Part shown: piece after piece, positions 18,288 through 28,134 of the stretch
Numbering within the stretch: position 1 is the stretch's first letter
How the letters are laid out: the number at the start of each line of letters is the position of its first letter
DNA from: an uncultured Acidimicrobiaceae bacterium
Lineage (GTDB): Bacteria > Actinomycetota > Acidimicrobiia > Spongiisociales > ZC4RG35
Direction of reading: 5' to 3'
NCBI GenBank assembly: GCA_964454615.1
Contig: CAYVTP010000001.1
Coordinates: 3,070-67,069, forward strand
Length of the DNA stretch: 64,000 nt
Notes under the pieces: generated by a model
The model's database searches: none
The model's input: only the letters and a program-made list of their open reading frames with translations
What the model was told of the DNA's origin: nothing
Made by a program: the position numbers and the translations under genes

Positions 18288-19009
18288 ACGGCGTCGCGCT
18301 TGCTCAGGGCCCAGGTGAGGACGCCCCACCCAACGAGGATCACCGCCCCGATCTTGGCCAAGCCACCCCAAACCCCGGGGACCAGAGGGTCGAGATAGTC
18401 GTTGAGCACCCAGGTAGGCAGGTCTCCGGCGACACCCGCATACACCGAGACCGCGATCCTCCAGATGGACACCTCGGCGACGCCTCCCACCTCCTGGGCC
18501 ACGATCGACTCGACGATCACGACATAGGTGATACCGATGAGCAGGGCTCTCGGGGCCAGGTAGCCGAGTGGCACGAAGACGGAGGCGTACCCGATGGCAG
18601 CGATCGAGAAGAGTGCCAGGGCCGGGACCATCTCCTCGAAGCCGAAACCAGCAGCCATTCCACCGAGGACGGACGCTCCCCAAGCTCCGATAGCCAGGGC
18701 AAGAGCTGCCAGCATCCCGGCTCCGATGGACGCCGCGGCGAATGCGGCCCTCTCGATGGGTCTCATGTAGATGTAGGGGAGCGTCCCGGAATCGCGCTCG
18801 TCACGGAGAACTGCCACCGTCAGGATCAGGACGGCCAGGGAGACGACCATGCCACCGGCCACCACGATGCCCGGGTAGGTCGCCCGCGTCGGCCCGTCGA
18901 TGCTGGTGAGCCAGAGGATCACCCCGAGGACCGAGACCAGTGCCAGCAGGGAGACGACACGTCCCCTCCTCATCACCTGGCGGTAGAGGTGGGCCGCAAG
19001 AGTGATCAA
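18284..19009 (-). CDS. ABC-2 type transporter permease
   Basis: 241 aa, 6 TM. Overlaps the upstream ATPase gene by 4 bp. Confidence 0.6.
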   Translation of the reverse strand: MITLAAHLYRQVMRRGRVVSLLALVSVLGVILWLTSIDGPTRATYPGIVVAGGMVVSLAVLILTVAVLRDERDSGTLPYIYMRPIERAAFAAASIGAGMLAALALAIGAWGASVLGGMAAGFGFEEMVPALALFSIAAIGYASVFVPLGYLAPRALLIGITYVVIVESIVAQEVGGVAEVSIWRIAVSVYAGVAGDLPTWVLNDYLDPLVPGVWGGLAKIGAVILVGWGVLTWALSKRDAV

Positions 19010-19923
19010 CGTTTGGCCACCAGGTAACGGAACACCGACTCCAGCGACTCGTCGGCAGGCTGGACACTGGTCACCGAGAACCCGTGGGCGACCGCCAGGC
19101 GGGGTATGGCCATTGCGACGGCAGCGGCGTCGGCGGCTTCGATCCGCAGGCTCTCCCCATCGAGGTGGACGCCGACAACACCCTCGCTCTCGAGCAGGGC
19201 ACTGCCCAGGCGGCGGGCGTCGGGGGACTCGACATAGATCAATCGCGGTCGGTCGGTCATCGCCGCCCTGATGGTGCCGACGTTGCCCACCGCGGCCAGT
19301 CTTCCATCGACCATGGCAACCACCCGGTCGGCCATCCGCTCCACTTCGGCCAGGATGTGCGAGGAGACGATGAGGGTCCTTCCCGATCTCCCCAAGTCCT
19401 GGAACAGGCGGATCAGCTCCGCCCTCTGCACGGGGTCGGTGCCATTCAGAGGCTCGTCGAGGAGGAGCACCTGCGGGTCGGTGACCAGCGCAGCGGCCAC
19501 TTTGGCCCTCTGTCGCATGCCCTTGCTGAATCCGCCCAACTCCCTGTCGGCGGCGTTGGAGAGGTTCACCATCTCCAGAGCAGTCCTCGCCGAAGCCACC
19601 GGGTCATCGACCCGGGAGAGTCTGGCCATGGTGCTCACGAAGCCGACGGCAGAGACCCGCTGGTACACCGACTCCTCTTCGGGCACCAGGGACATCTCGC
19701 GGTAGATGTCGGTGTCCGCCCTCGGGTCCCGGCCGAGCACTTCCACCGTTCCCTGCGAGGGCCTCTGCAGTCCGGCGATCACTCGCATCAGGGTGGTCTT
19801 CCCCGCACCGTTGGGCCCGAGGAGCCCGGTCACGCCAGGTCCGAACCCGACCGACACCTCGCTGACGGCCACCTTGAGGCCAAACCACTTGGACAGCTCG
19901 GCGACGACGACCGTGTCGCTCAT
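19006..19923 (-). CDS. ABC transporter ATP-binding protein
   Basis: Walker A GPNGAGKTT, signature FSKGMRQR, Walker B LLLDEP. Start MSDTVVV (cat at 19921-19923). Confidence 0.8.
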   Translation of the reverse strand: MSDTVVVAELSKWFGLKVAVSEVSVGFGPGVTGLLGPNGAGKTTLMRVIAGLQRPSQGTVEVLGRDPRADTDIYREMSLVPEEESVYQRVSAVGFVSTMARLSRVDDPVASARTALEMVNLSNAADRELGGFSKGMRQRAKVAAALVTDPQVLLLDEPLNGTDPVQRAELIRLFQDLGRSGRTLIVSSHILAEVERMADRVVAMVDGRLAAVGNVGTIRAAMTDRPRLIYVESPDARRLGSALLESEGVVGVHLDGESLRIEAADAAAVAMAIPRLAVAHGFSVTSVQPADESLESVFRYLVAKR

Positions 19924-20801
19924 GCCAGTCTCCGGTAGCGCCAACGTACGAACGACACCGACAGGAGGAACACCGCGGCTATCACGATCACCGAGGCCTC
20001 CACCCCGAACCCGGCGATCTGCGCCGGATGGTCGACGGTCGGGTTGAAGAGCTCATCACGGATGATGCGAGGGTGCTGGTCGAGGTTGAGCAGTGACAGC
20101 CACCGGGCACCCGGGAAGTCGGCCCGGGCCACCTGGGCTGCGATCGCGCCGCCGGCGGTGATGATGCCCAGGAAGGCGGCGGCAGCTATCCCGGGACGCT
20201 TGATCACCGATGAGAGCCCGAAGACCAGGCCTCCGTGGAGGAGGGCGAAGGCCAGCGTCACCGCCGGCACCTTCCACATCACATCTAGGTTGTCGCCCAG
20301 ATAGGGAAGGAACCCGTCGCGGGCGATGAGGGCCAGCCCGAGATGGAGGATGACCTGGGGAACGATGTAGATGGCACCCACGATCGTGGCGAAGGCCCCG
20401 AACTTGGCCCCCAGATAGCCGTCGACCGTCAGCGGGCGTGAGAAGTAGATCGACAGGACACCTTTCTCCCGGTCCGGGATGAGCAGGGTCGGCCCGGCGA
20501 AGGCGATGAAGATCACCGCTATCCAGGAGTAGAAATCGAAGAGCTCCCCATAGGTGGGGACCCCCTGGCCGATGGCCTCTGCGATCTCGCCGATGGCCCA
20601 GGCGATGCCCACGAAGACCAGGGCCTGGACCATTGCCACCGTCATGAGGGACCAGGGAAAGATCTTGGTCCTGGCCTTCCGGCCGAGTCCCAGAAGACGG
20701 CGAATCCCCTCCCGGTACACGGCGCGCCGGGCCCCGGCGGCGCCTCTCCGGGGCCCGTCGTAGGATCGATAGCCCCGGTCGTAGATGACCTGGTCGGTCA
20801 T
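19920..20801 (-). CDS. ABC-2 type transporter permease
   Basis: 293 aa, multi-TM. Coupled to the flanking ATPase genes. Confidence 0.65.
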   Translation of the reverse strand: MTDQVIYDRGYRSYDGPRRGAAGARRAVYREGIRRLLGLGRKARTKIFPWSLMTVAMVQALVFVGIAWAIGEIAEAIGQGVPTYGELFDFYSWIAVIFIAFAGPTLLIPDREKGVLSIYFSRPLTVDGYLGAKFGAFATIVGAIYIVPQVILHLGLALIARDGFLPYLGDNLDVMWKVPAVTLAFALLHGGLVFGLSSVIKRPGIAAAAFLGIITAGGAIAAQVARADFPGARWLSLLNLDQHPRIIRDELFNPTVDHPAQIAGFGVEASVIVIAAVFLLSVSFVRWRYRRLA

Positions 20802-21739
20802 GGCCCGGGCGCCTGGTTGAGGAACAGGTCCTCGAGGGATGCCGAGCCCCGGATCATCCGGACCAGGCCGGCGTCGGCAGCCGCAGCTGCCTGGAGGACC
20901 GCCCTCTCCAGTTCCTGACCCGGTCCCACCACCAGCCTGACCCCGTCGACGGTGGCAGTGATCCCCTGCGACCGGAGCAGGTCGGCGACAGCGGCGGCAT
21001 CTCCGACCACCTCGACCGCCAGGTTGGCGTCCTTGTCGAACCCCTTGAGGGGGGCCGATCGGAGCAGACGGCCGGCGTCGAGCATGACCACCCAGTCGCA
21101 GGTCAGCTCGATGTCGGGGAGGACGTGAGAGCTGATGATCACGTCGATGTCGAAGGTGGCAAGACGCTTGATCAGGTCGAGCATCTGTTCCCGGCCCTCC
21201 GGGTCGAGGCCCGAGGCCGGCTCGTCGAGGAGGACCAGGTCAGGGTCGTGGACGATCGCCTGGGCCAGTTTCACCCTCTGGCGCATCCCTGTCGAGAAGT
21301 CTCCCAGGTACCTGAATCTCTCCTCCTCCAGTCCCACCAGGAAGAGAGTCTCCGAGGAGCGTCTCCGGGCGTCCTTTGGAGGGAGCCCGGCGAGCTGGGC
21401 GGTGAAGGACACGAAGTCGGCAGCGGTCTGGTCGACGGGGAGGCAGTCGCCCTCGGGCATGTAGCCCACCCGGGTCCTCACCTCCAGCGGTTCTTCCGAA
21501 GGATCATGTCCCAGGACCCTGACACCACCCTCGGTCTGGTGTAGCAGCCCGAGGAGGATCCGGAGAAGGGTCGTCTTGCCAGCGCCGTTGGCCCCAACAA
21601 GGCCGGTGACCCCCGGCGGCACACTCAGGGTCAGGTCGGTGAGTGCCTTGACATCGCCGTAGTCATGGGTCAGCCCGGAGACTTCGACGATGTTGGCTCG
21701 GTCCACGAACGGCACAGTCTTACAGGTCGGGGGAGCCAC
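20798..21739 (-). CDS. ABC transporter ATP-binding protein
   Basis: Walker A GANGAGKTT, signature FSTGMRQR, Walker B VLLDEP. Confidence 0.8.
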   Translation of the reverse strand: MAPPTCKTVPFVDRANIVEVSGLTHDYGDVKALTDLTLSVPPGVTGLVGANGAGKTTLLRILLGLLHQTEGGVRVLGHDPSEEPLEVRTRVGYMPEGDCLPVDQTAADFVSFTAQLAGLPPKDARRRSSETLFLVGLEEERFRYLGDFSTGMRQRVKLAQAIVHDPDLVLLDEPASGLDPEGREQMLDLIKRLATFDIDVIISSHVLPDIELTCDWVVMLDAGRLLRSAPLKGFDKDANLAVEVVGDAAAVADLLRSQGITATVDGVRLVVGPGQELERAVLQAAAAADAGLVRMIRGSASLEDLFLNQAPGP

Positions 21740-22721
21740 CGATCACGTCGGCAAAGCCGGCGCCCTGGGGACGGTCGAGCTGATCCATGGTGCACTCCTC
21801 CGCCGGCTTGTCCGGTCTCCAGCGATGAAACCTGGTGGCATGTCTGAACCGGTCTCCCTCCAGCTGATCGTAGGAGACCTCCACCACCACCCCGGGTTGG
21901 ACGGGTGTCCACGCACCGTCCTTGCCCCCCGACCAACGGCTCTGGGCCCCGGGAGCGCGGGCCGCCTCGGAGAAGCTGTCTTCCACGACCAGTTGCTGGA
22001 ACTGCTCGAAGATCTCGACGCGATCTGACTCGCCGAATCCGGAGCAGTGGCCGATGAAGTGCAACTCCCCCCGGTCGTTGTAGAGGCCGAGAAGGAGAGA
22101 GCCGATCTTGCCGCCATCCTTGTGCTCCCTGAAGCCCCCCACCACCACGTCGATGGTCCTCCTGTGTTTGATCTTGATCATCGCCCTCTTGCCGGGCTGA
22201 TATGGGGAGTCGGGGTCCTTGGCGATGATGCCGTCGCACCCGGCCGACTCGAAACCGTCGAACCACAGCCGGGCCTCATCCTCCTCTGAGGTCTGTGGGG
22301 TGAGGTGCCACGGGGGAGTGAGGTCGGAGGCGAGCGCCACCAGCCGCTCCCGCCTCTCGGAGAACGGGGCCGACCTGAGGTCCTGCCCGTCGACTGCCAG
22401 GAGGTCGAAGGCAACCAGCTCGGCGGGGTGACTCTCCGAGAGCAGCTCGACCCGAGAGGCGGCCGGATGGATACGCTGCTGGAGCGCCCCGAAGTCGGTG
22501 ACCCCGTCGACTACGACCACGATCTCCCCGTCCACCACCGTGCCCTCCGGGAGTTGCTCGAGTGCCGGTCTCAGCTCCGGGAAGTAACGGAGCAGCGGTC
22601 GCTCGCTCCGCGAGTCGAGCCGTATCAGGGGCTGTGACCAGGAGAGCGATCGGAACCCGTCCCACTTGGGCTCGTAGAGGAATCTCCCCTTCGGCCAGCC
22701 TTCGTAGACGCGAGCCTCCAT
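21720..22721 (-). CDS. ATP-dependent DNA ligase (LigD ligase domain/LigC-like)
   Basis: Adenylation motif I EPKWDGFR (KxDG), OB-fold C-terminal region. Start set at MEARVYEGWPKG (cat at 22719-22721), which avoids overlap with the downstream gene. The ORF extends in frame to 22835. Confidence 0.75.
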   Translation of the reverse strand: MEARVYEGWPKGRFLYEPKWDGFRSLSWSQPLIRLDSRSERPLLRYFPELRPALEQLPEGTVVDGEIVVVVDGVTDFGALQQRIHPAASRVELLSESHPAELVAFDLLAVDGQDLRSAPFSERRERLVALASDLTPPWHLTPQTSEEDEARLWFDGFESAGCDGIIAKDPDSPYQPGKRAMIKIKHRRTIDVVVGGFREHKDGGKIGSLLLGLYNDRGELHFIGHCSGFGESDRVEIFEQFQQLVVEDSFSEAARAPGAQSRWSGGKDGAWTPVQPGVVVEVSYDQLEGDRFRHATRFHRWRPDKPAEECTMDQLDRPQGAGFADVIGGSPDL

Positions 22722-22788
22722 GGTGGGGATGGTCGGTGGGAAGGGGTGACTCACGAAGGGCGAGTCTACGACGGATACCCTGGGGCCC

Positions 22789-23658
22789 ATGATCGACCGT
22801 CTGATGCGCCTGCCCATGGTGGACCTGCTCGCCACCGCCGGACAGTCGTTCGTCCAGTCGCGGGGGAGCCGGATGGCCGCAGCGATCGCCTATCGGACCA
22901 TTTTCGCCCTCGCCCCCCTTCTCCTGATCGCGGTCGCGGTGTTCGGGTGGGTGGTCGGAAGCTCGGAGGAGGCCCGCCTGGCGATCCTGGGCGCCATCGA
23001 GGGCTTCGCCGGCCCCAACGTCACCGACGCCGTGGAGACCATGATGATCTCGGCAGCGGCAACCAGCGGGTTCACCGCGGTGATCGGCTTCCTGCTGTTC
23101 GTTTGGGCGGCGTCGACACTGTTCTTGGAACTGCAGAACACCCTCAACGACATCTTCGGTGTTCCCTTCGAGGAGACTGCCGGGTTCAAGGGCTTGGTGA
23201 GGAAACGGCTGATTGGGTCGCTGTGGGCGGTGGGTCTCGGCTTGCTCACGGTGGGTGTTTGGGTCCTCAACGTGGCATCAGGATGGTTGGGCTCGCTGCT
23301 CCCCGACACCCTGGCGGCGCTCAGGACCGTCATCGACTGGCTCTCACCACTCCTTTCCCTGGTGGTGTTCCCGCTGGTGTTCACCCTCATCTTCAGGACC
23401 CTGACCGCGATCCGGATCAACAGAATGGCCGTGCGGGTCGGGGGGTTGTTCACCGCGGTGGTTTTCCTGCTGACCGCCATGGGGACCAGGATCTACTTCG
23501 AATGGGGCAGCGCTTCCTCGGCCCCCCAGTTCGCCGCCGGGTTCTTCGTGCTCCTGCTGCTCACCTTCTTCCTGGCGTCGGCGTTCCTGCTCGGGGCCCA
23601 CGTCACCAGGGTCTACAACCAGCGATTGGAGGAGCCCGTCGGCTCCGCGAGCGGATAG
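22789..23658 (+). CDS. YihY/BrkB family membrane protein
   Basis: YihY signature (RMAAAIAYRTIFALAPLLL...), 6 TM. Confidence 0.75.
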   Translation: MIDRLMRLPMVDLLATAGQSFVQSRGSRMAAAIAYRTIFALAPLLLIAVAVFGWVVGSSEEARLAILGAIEGFAGPNVTDAVETMMISAAATSGFTAVIGFLLFVWAASTLFLELQNTLNDIFGVPFEETAGFKGLVRKRLIGSLWAVGLGLLTVGVWVLNVASGWLGSLLPDTLAALRTVIDWLSPLLSLVVFPLVFTLIFRTLTAIRINRMAVRVGGLFTAVVFLLTAMGTRIYFEWGSASSAPQFAAGFFVLLLLTFFLASAFLLGAHVTRVYNQRLEEPVGSASG

Positions 23659-23668
23659 TGTCGTCCCC

Positions 23669-24226
23669 ATGTCAGTCGACATCGCCGGCTTCGTCACCGA
23701 CCTCAAAGAACACGCCACCGAGCATGGCTTCCACGTCCACGACGAGAGGCACTTCGTCGAGACATACTCCCTCCGGCAGTCTTGGGAGGTCGACGTCCAT
23801 CCCGAGTCCGGATGCGGCGGCCCGATCGACCTCCACCTCGCGCTGGACGTCGACCCAAAGGTGATCCTGTCGCTGCGGGACAGGCTGGAGGAGTCCGACG
23901 ACGAGCCCGAGGACGTGTTCCATCTGGACCTCTATTTCAACTGGGCGGTGCCACCGCTCAGGCGACCTCCCGACCTGCTCGTGCTGGCCACCGACTTGGC
24001 CGGAATCGGAGGGACCCTCCTCCCCATCGAGGTCTCCGCCATCGACTCCTACGCCGCGGTGACCGAGGCGGCCGAGAGCAGGCTGATGGTCCAGGGCAAG
24101 ACCACGGTGAGCCTTGTCGGTGTCCTGGCCGGCCGGGATGACCTGTGCGAGGTCCTCGATTGCTCCCACGAGGTCTCCGAATACCTGGTGGAGCGGGTTG
24201 ATGGCTGGCTCGAGCTGCCCGGTTAG
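23669..24226 (+). CDS. hypothetical protein
   Basis: 185 aa, acidic; no recognisable family. Confidence 0.45.
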   Translation: MSVDIAGFVTDLKEHATEHGFHVHDERHFVETYSLRQSWEVDVHPESGCGGPIDLHLALDVDPKVILSLRDRLEESDDEPEDVFHLDLYFNWAVPPLRRPPDLLVLATDLAGIGGTLLPIEVSAIDSYAAVTEAAESRLMVQGKTTVSLVGVLAGRDDLCEVLDCSHEVSEYLVERVDGWLELPG

Positions 24227-24759
24227 AGGAGCATGTTGATCAGGGCCCACAGCCCTAGGGCAGCGGTCAGAGCGGCCAGAGCATAGAAGGCAACCATGGT
24301 GATGGCTTTGGGTGCTGCGGCATCGGACTGGGTGGCATCCACGTTCGGCTCTACGGCCCTGTACCGGGCGGTGTCCACTCGATCCGCTGTTGCAATTCGT
24401 GTTTCGTGGCGTCCAGGGCTTGCCGAGGTCGGGGCGGGTGATGTCCCCGGGTCTTCACCGAGACTGGCGGCGAAACGCTCCGGCTCCAAAGGGACGAAGA
24501 ACAGGGTCTCACTCTCTGCCTTTATGGCGAAGGTGCCGCCCTCGAGAGCGTCGATGGCAAACTCCCCGGACCCCCACTCACCTATCAACTCCCCGTTCGA
24601 GGAGAGGCGGAGGGTGTCGTCGGCCAAACCCACGATCACAGGCACTTCGTCGTCGGCAAGTGTCACCACGCCGTCAAAGATCGGCAAATAGACCCCCAGC
24701 TTCGGGTTCCCGGTGGACAACATAGGCGAAAACCGCAGGATGTGAAGCCAGAACCCCAT
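24223..24759 (-). CDS. hypothetical protein with C-terminal TM anchor
   Basis: 178 aa; good codon usage. Start uncertain (possibly MLSTGNPKLG). Confidence 0.4.
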   Translation of the reverse strand: MGFWLHILRFSPMLSTGNPKLGVYLPIFDGVVTLADDEVPVIVGLADDTLRLSSNGELIGEWGSGEFAIDALEGGTFAIKAESETLFFVPLEPERFAASLGEDPGTSPAPTSASPGRHETRIATADRVDTARYRAVEPNVDATQSDAAAPKAITMVAFYALAALTAALGLWALINMLL

Positions 24760-24857
24760 GTGCCCCCGCCGCCGGCCGTGGAACGCTCTATGCGATCTGG
24801 GCCCAACTACGATGCCCCGGCCATGAGAGAGCCGGCGAGATCCTGATCCCCAGCCTC

Positions 24858-25835
24858 TTGCTGGCGGTCGAGGAGTCCCGCCCCGGTTTTGCGACTTTCG
24901 ATGTTCCCCTATGGGTTTGGGTCGCCTTCGTCGCCTTCGTCGCTGCGCTGCTCTTGGCCGACCTGCTCATCGTCCACCGCAAGCCTCATGTCATTTCCCT
25001 GAGGGAGGCCGGGATCCAGTCGGCGGTGTGGATCGGGATCGGCCTCGGCTTCACCTTCGTGCTGTGGTGGTGGCAGGGAGGAGGGGCCGCCGGTGAGTAC
25101 CTGGCCGGCTATCTGATCGAGAAGAGCCTGTCGGTGGACAACGTCTTCGTGTGGGCCGTCATCCTCACCTACTTCGCCGTGCCACCGGAGTACCAGTACA
25201 GGGTGCTCTTCTGGGGGATCTTCGGCGCCCTCGTCTTCCGGGGCATGTTCATCTTCGCCGGCATCACACTGCTCGAGAATTTCGACTGGATCCTCTACGT
25301 GTTCGGGGCATTCCTCATCTTCACCGCCTACCGGATAGCCGCCCACAAGGGAGTCGAGGTCCACCCGGACCAGAACCCCGTCCTCAAGCTGGTCCGCAGG
25401 GTCCTGCCCTCCACGAGCGAGTACCACGGCCAGCACTTCTTCATCAAGATGGATGGGCGATTGCTGGCCACCCCGCGGTTCGCAGTTTTGGTGCTCATCG
25501 AGACCACCGACACCCTGTTCGCCGTGGACTCGATCCCCGCCATCCTGGCCGTCAGCCGGAACCCGTTCATCGTCTTCTCCTCGAACGCCTTCGCCATCCT
25601 CGGACTGCGCGCTCTCTACTTCCTGCTCGCCGGGATGGCGGGCAAGTTCCGCTATCTGAACCTCGGGCTGGGCGTCATCCTCGCCTTCGTCGGCGTGAAG
25701 ATGGTCATCCACGACTGGTACCACTTCCCCATCGAGTGGAGCCTGAGCATCATCGCCCTGATACTGACCGTGACCATCTTTGCCTCGGTGCGCACCGAGC
25801 GGAGGGAGTCTGCGCACTCCGGGCGGTATCCCTGA
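24858..25835 (+). CDS. TerC family integral membrane protein
   Basis: TerC/Alx signature (LSVDNVFVWAVIL..., DSIPAILAV...), ~7 TM. TTG start. Confidence 0.8.
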   Translation: MLAVEESRPGFATFDVPLWVWVAFVAFVAALLLADLLIVHRKPHVISLREAGIQSAVWIGIGLGFTFVLWWWQGGGAAGEYLAGYLIEKSLSVDNVFVWAVILTYFAVPPEYQYRVLFWGIFGALVFRGMFIFAGITLLENFDWILYVFGAFLIFTAYRIAAHKGVEVHPDQNPVLKLVRRVLPSTSEYHGQHFFIKMDGRLLATPRFAVLVLIETTDTLFAVDSIPAILAVSRNPFIVFSSNAFAILGLRALYFLLAGMAGKFRYLNLGLGVILAFVGVKMVIHDWYHFPIEWSLSIIALILTVTIFASVRTERRESAHSGRYP

Positions 25836-25849
25836 CCCGGTTCAGGGGG

Positions 25850-26998
25850 TCAGAGGACGCGTCGGCAGGACCATGCCTGCCAGTAGTAATGACCCAACTC
25901 CTCGTAACGGTTGGCCAACCACGCCGCTGAGCGGGTGTTGGCCACCGGGTCGAACACCTGGCCGGATTCGTAGGTGCCACCGCTCACCGAGAGAGGCAGG
26001 CTGTTCCAGGTGCTGCGGAGGAACTGGAACAGACCGGCGGCCCCCGAGTACGGGTTTATCGCGTTGGGGTCGCCGTTGCTCTCACAGCGCATGATCTTCA
26101 AGGCCTCCTCCACCCGGTGCTCGGGAAAGTAGGTCTGGACCAGGCTGCGCCAACGTTCGACGCTGGGGGGGAACACGGTTGGTGTGGTCGTGGTGGTCGT
26201 GGTGGTCGTGGTGGTGGTGGTGGTCGGTCCCGGGGTGGTCGTGGTGGTGGTCGAGGAAGTTGGCGGCGGCCTCTCCTCCTGGCGACGTCTCTCCTCCTCC
26301 CGGAGCCGCGCCAGATCGACCGCGGTCAGGGCGGCGAAATACTGCTCGTCGGCCGCAGCCGACTTGCGGACAGCATCGGCGACCGCTGCGTCCGCCTGGG
26401 CGTACAGGTCGGCCAGGTGCTGGAGCTCGGCATCGAGCTCCGCCTTGAGCTCGATGTAGTCCTCCTGCTGCCCCAGGTAGTAGAGCTTGAGCTCCTGGAG
26501 GCTTCTCCGTTTGACGAACAGTTCCCCGGCTCTCTGGCGCCCGCCGGCCATCACGTCTTCCACGACGATCGAAACCACCATGGCCTGCTCGACGGTGCCA
26601 TTGCTGACCAGGGTGATGGTCGGTGTCGCCAGCACCGACATGTAGGCGTCGACCGCCTGCAGCTCGATCTGCTCCTGTATTCCCGCCAGCTCGATGTCGG
26701 CGAATCCAAGCTGTGTCCCCAGTCGGTCGAGGCTGACACCGATCGACGAGAGGGCGGCGGCCAGGTCGTTGAGCCGGGAGATGCTGTCGGCTATCTGGTT
26801 CTCGATCTCGACACGGTTGGCCACGGCCTCGTCGACCAGGCCGCTGGCCATGTTGCGCCGCCATTCCGCCTCGGCTGCCTCACGCTCCGCCTGGGACACA
26901 CTCTGACCGGCGGCCACCATGGCACCGGGCACGAACAGGGAGGCAATCAAGGCGAAACCGAGGATTGTGGAAGTTATGCGGGACCGCATAGATCCCAT
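25850..26998 (-). CDS. secreted coiled-coil protein with C-terminal Rpf-like transglycosylase domain
   Basis: Signal peptide MGSMRSRITSTILGFALIASL, long coiled coil, poly-Thr/Pro linker, C-terminal CESNGDPNAINPYSGAAGLFQFLRSTW (Rpf/transglycosylase-like). Confidence 0.7.
   Translation of the reverse strand: MGSMRSRITSTILGFALIASLFVPGAMVAAGQSVSQAEREAAEAEWRRNMASGLVDEAVANRVEIENQIADSISRLNDLAAALSSIGVSLDRLGTQLGFADIELAGIQEQIELQAVDAYMSVLATPTITLVSNGTVEQAMVVSIVVEDVMAGGRQRAGELFVKRRSLQELKLYYLGQQEDYIELKAELDAELQHLADLYAQADAAVADAVRKSAAADEQYFAALTAVDLARLREEERRRQEERPPPTSSTTTTTTPGPTTTTTTTTTTTTTTPTVFPPSVERWRSLVQTYFPEHRVEEALKIMRCESNGDPNAINPYSGAAGLFQFLRSTWNSLPLSVSGGTYESGQVFDPVANTRSAAWLANRYEELGHYYWQAWSCRRVL
26170..26250. 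repeat. low-complexity GGT/GTC-rich tract encoding a poly-Thr/Pro linker
   Basis: The sequence gtggtcgtggtggtcgtggtggtcgtggtggtggtggtcgg on the plus strand encodes TTTTTTPGPTTTTTTTTTTTTTTP in the minus-strand Rpf-like protein. Confidence 0.8.
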
Positions 26999-27087
26999 GA
27001 GGGTATACGAATGAATCCGCCAGGGAGAACCGGCAACCCGATGAAACCCCTGCCCGGCTCTCCAGACAGTGCCGGCAGTGGGCCAGA

Positions 27088-27483
27088 ATGGCCGGTATGA
27101 GCGAACGAACCAGGGTGACTTCCGGCTCGCCATACGAGCCTCGCTACGGCTTCAGCAGGGCGATCAGAGTGGGGCCAAGGGTGGTGGTGGCGGGCACCGC
27201 TCCCATCTGGTCCGACGGCACCGTCGACCCCGATCCAGGAAACCAGGCACGCCGTTGCCTCGAGATCATGCTCCAAGCTCTGGCCGAAGCCGGAGGCCGC
27301 CCCGAGCATGTGGTCCGGACCCGGATGTACATCACCGACGCGGCCCACGCCGATGCTGTCGGCGAGGCTCACGGGGAGGTCTTCACAGAGATCAGGCCGG
27401 CTGCCACCATGGTGGTGGTCGGCGGCCTCCTCGACCTGGCGTGGGTGGTGGAGATGGAATTAGAAGCCGTTCTCGACGATTGA
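27088..27483 (+). CDS. RidA/YjgF family protein
   Basis: 131 aa; YjgF fold pattern (RVYITD..., VVVGGL...E). Confidence 0.7.
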   Translation: MAGMSERTRVTSGSPYEPRYGFSRAIRVGPRVVVAGTAPIWSDGTVDPDPGNQARRCLEIMLQALAEAGGRPEHVVRTRMYITDAAHADAVGEAHGEVFTEIRPAATMVVVGGLLDLAWVVEMELEAVLDD

Positions 27484-27492
27484 ACAGGTGAC

Positions 27493-28134
27493 ATGATGTT
27501 CGGATCCAAGAAGGCCAAGTTGCCCGGAGCCGGTGACACCCTGCCTGGCAGGGAACAGCCCCTGGTGGTCCCCGACGACCACTATGTGCACGGCAGGACG
27601 ATCAAGCCCCCGTTTCCAGCGGAGACAGAGGTGGCGGTGTTCGGTATGGGATGTTTCTGGGGCGCCGAGCGGCGGTTCTGGACGATCGACGGCGTCCACA
27701 CGACCTCCGTCGGGTACTCCGGTGGTCACACGCCCAACCCCAAATACGAGGAGGTCTGCACCGGGATGACCGGCCATGCCGAGGTGGTCATGGTGGTCTT
27801 CGATCCGGCCCTGGTCTCCTACGACGAGCTCCTCAGGGTGTTCTGGGAGACCCACGACCCGACACAGGGCTACCGCCAGGGAAACGACATCGGGACCCAG
27901 TACAGATCGGCCATCTACACCACCAACGAGTCCCAGCTAGACGAGGCGAAACGCTCCGCCGACATCTACCAGGAGATCCTCGCCGCCAATGGGTTTGGGG
28001 AGGTCACAACCGAGATCCAAACACTCGGCCCCTACTACTACGCCGAGGGATATCACCAGCAGTACCTGGCCAAGAACCCGAACGGATACGACTGTCACGC
28101 CAACACCGGGATGGCCTACCCCGGTCTCGGCTAG
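27493..28134 (+). CDS. msrA: peptide-methionine (S)-S-oxide reductase
   Basis: Active site GMGCFWGAE and full-length MsrA similarity. Confidence 0.9.
   Translation: MMFGSKKAKLPGAGDTLPGREQPLVVPDDHYVHGRTIKPPFPAETEVAVFGMGCFWGAERRFWTIDGVHTTSVGYSGGHTPNPKYEEVCTGMTGHAEVVMVVFDPALVSYDELLRVFWETHDPTQGYRQGNDIGTQYRSAIYTTNESQLDEAKRSADIYQEILAANGFGEVTTEIQTLGPYYYAEGYHQQYLAKNPNGYDCHANTGMAYPGLG

Noticed and set aside
24760-24857. yybP-ykoY (Mn2+) riboswitch expected upstream of the TerC-family gene
   Set aside because: Could not find the conserved GGAGAGUAG ... UUGUCA ... AAGACC elements by eye; needs cmsearch.
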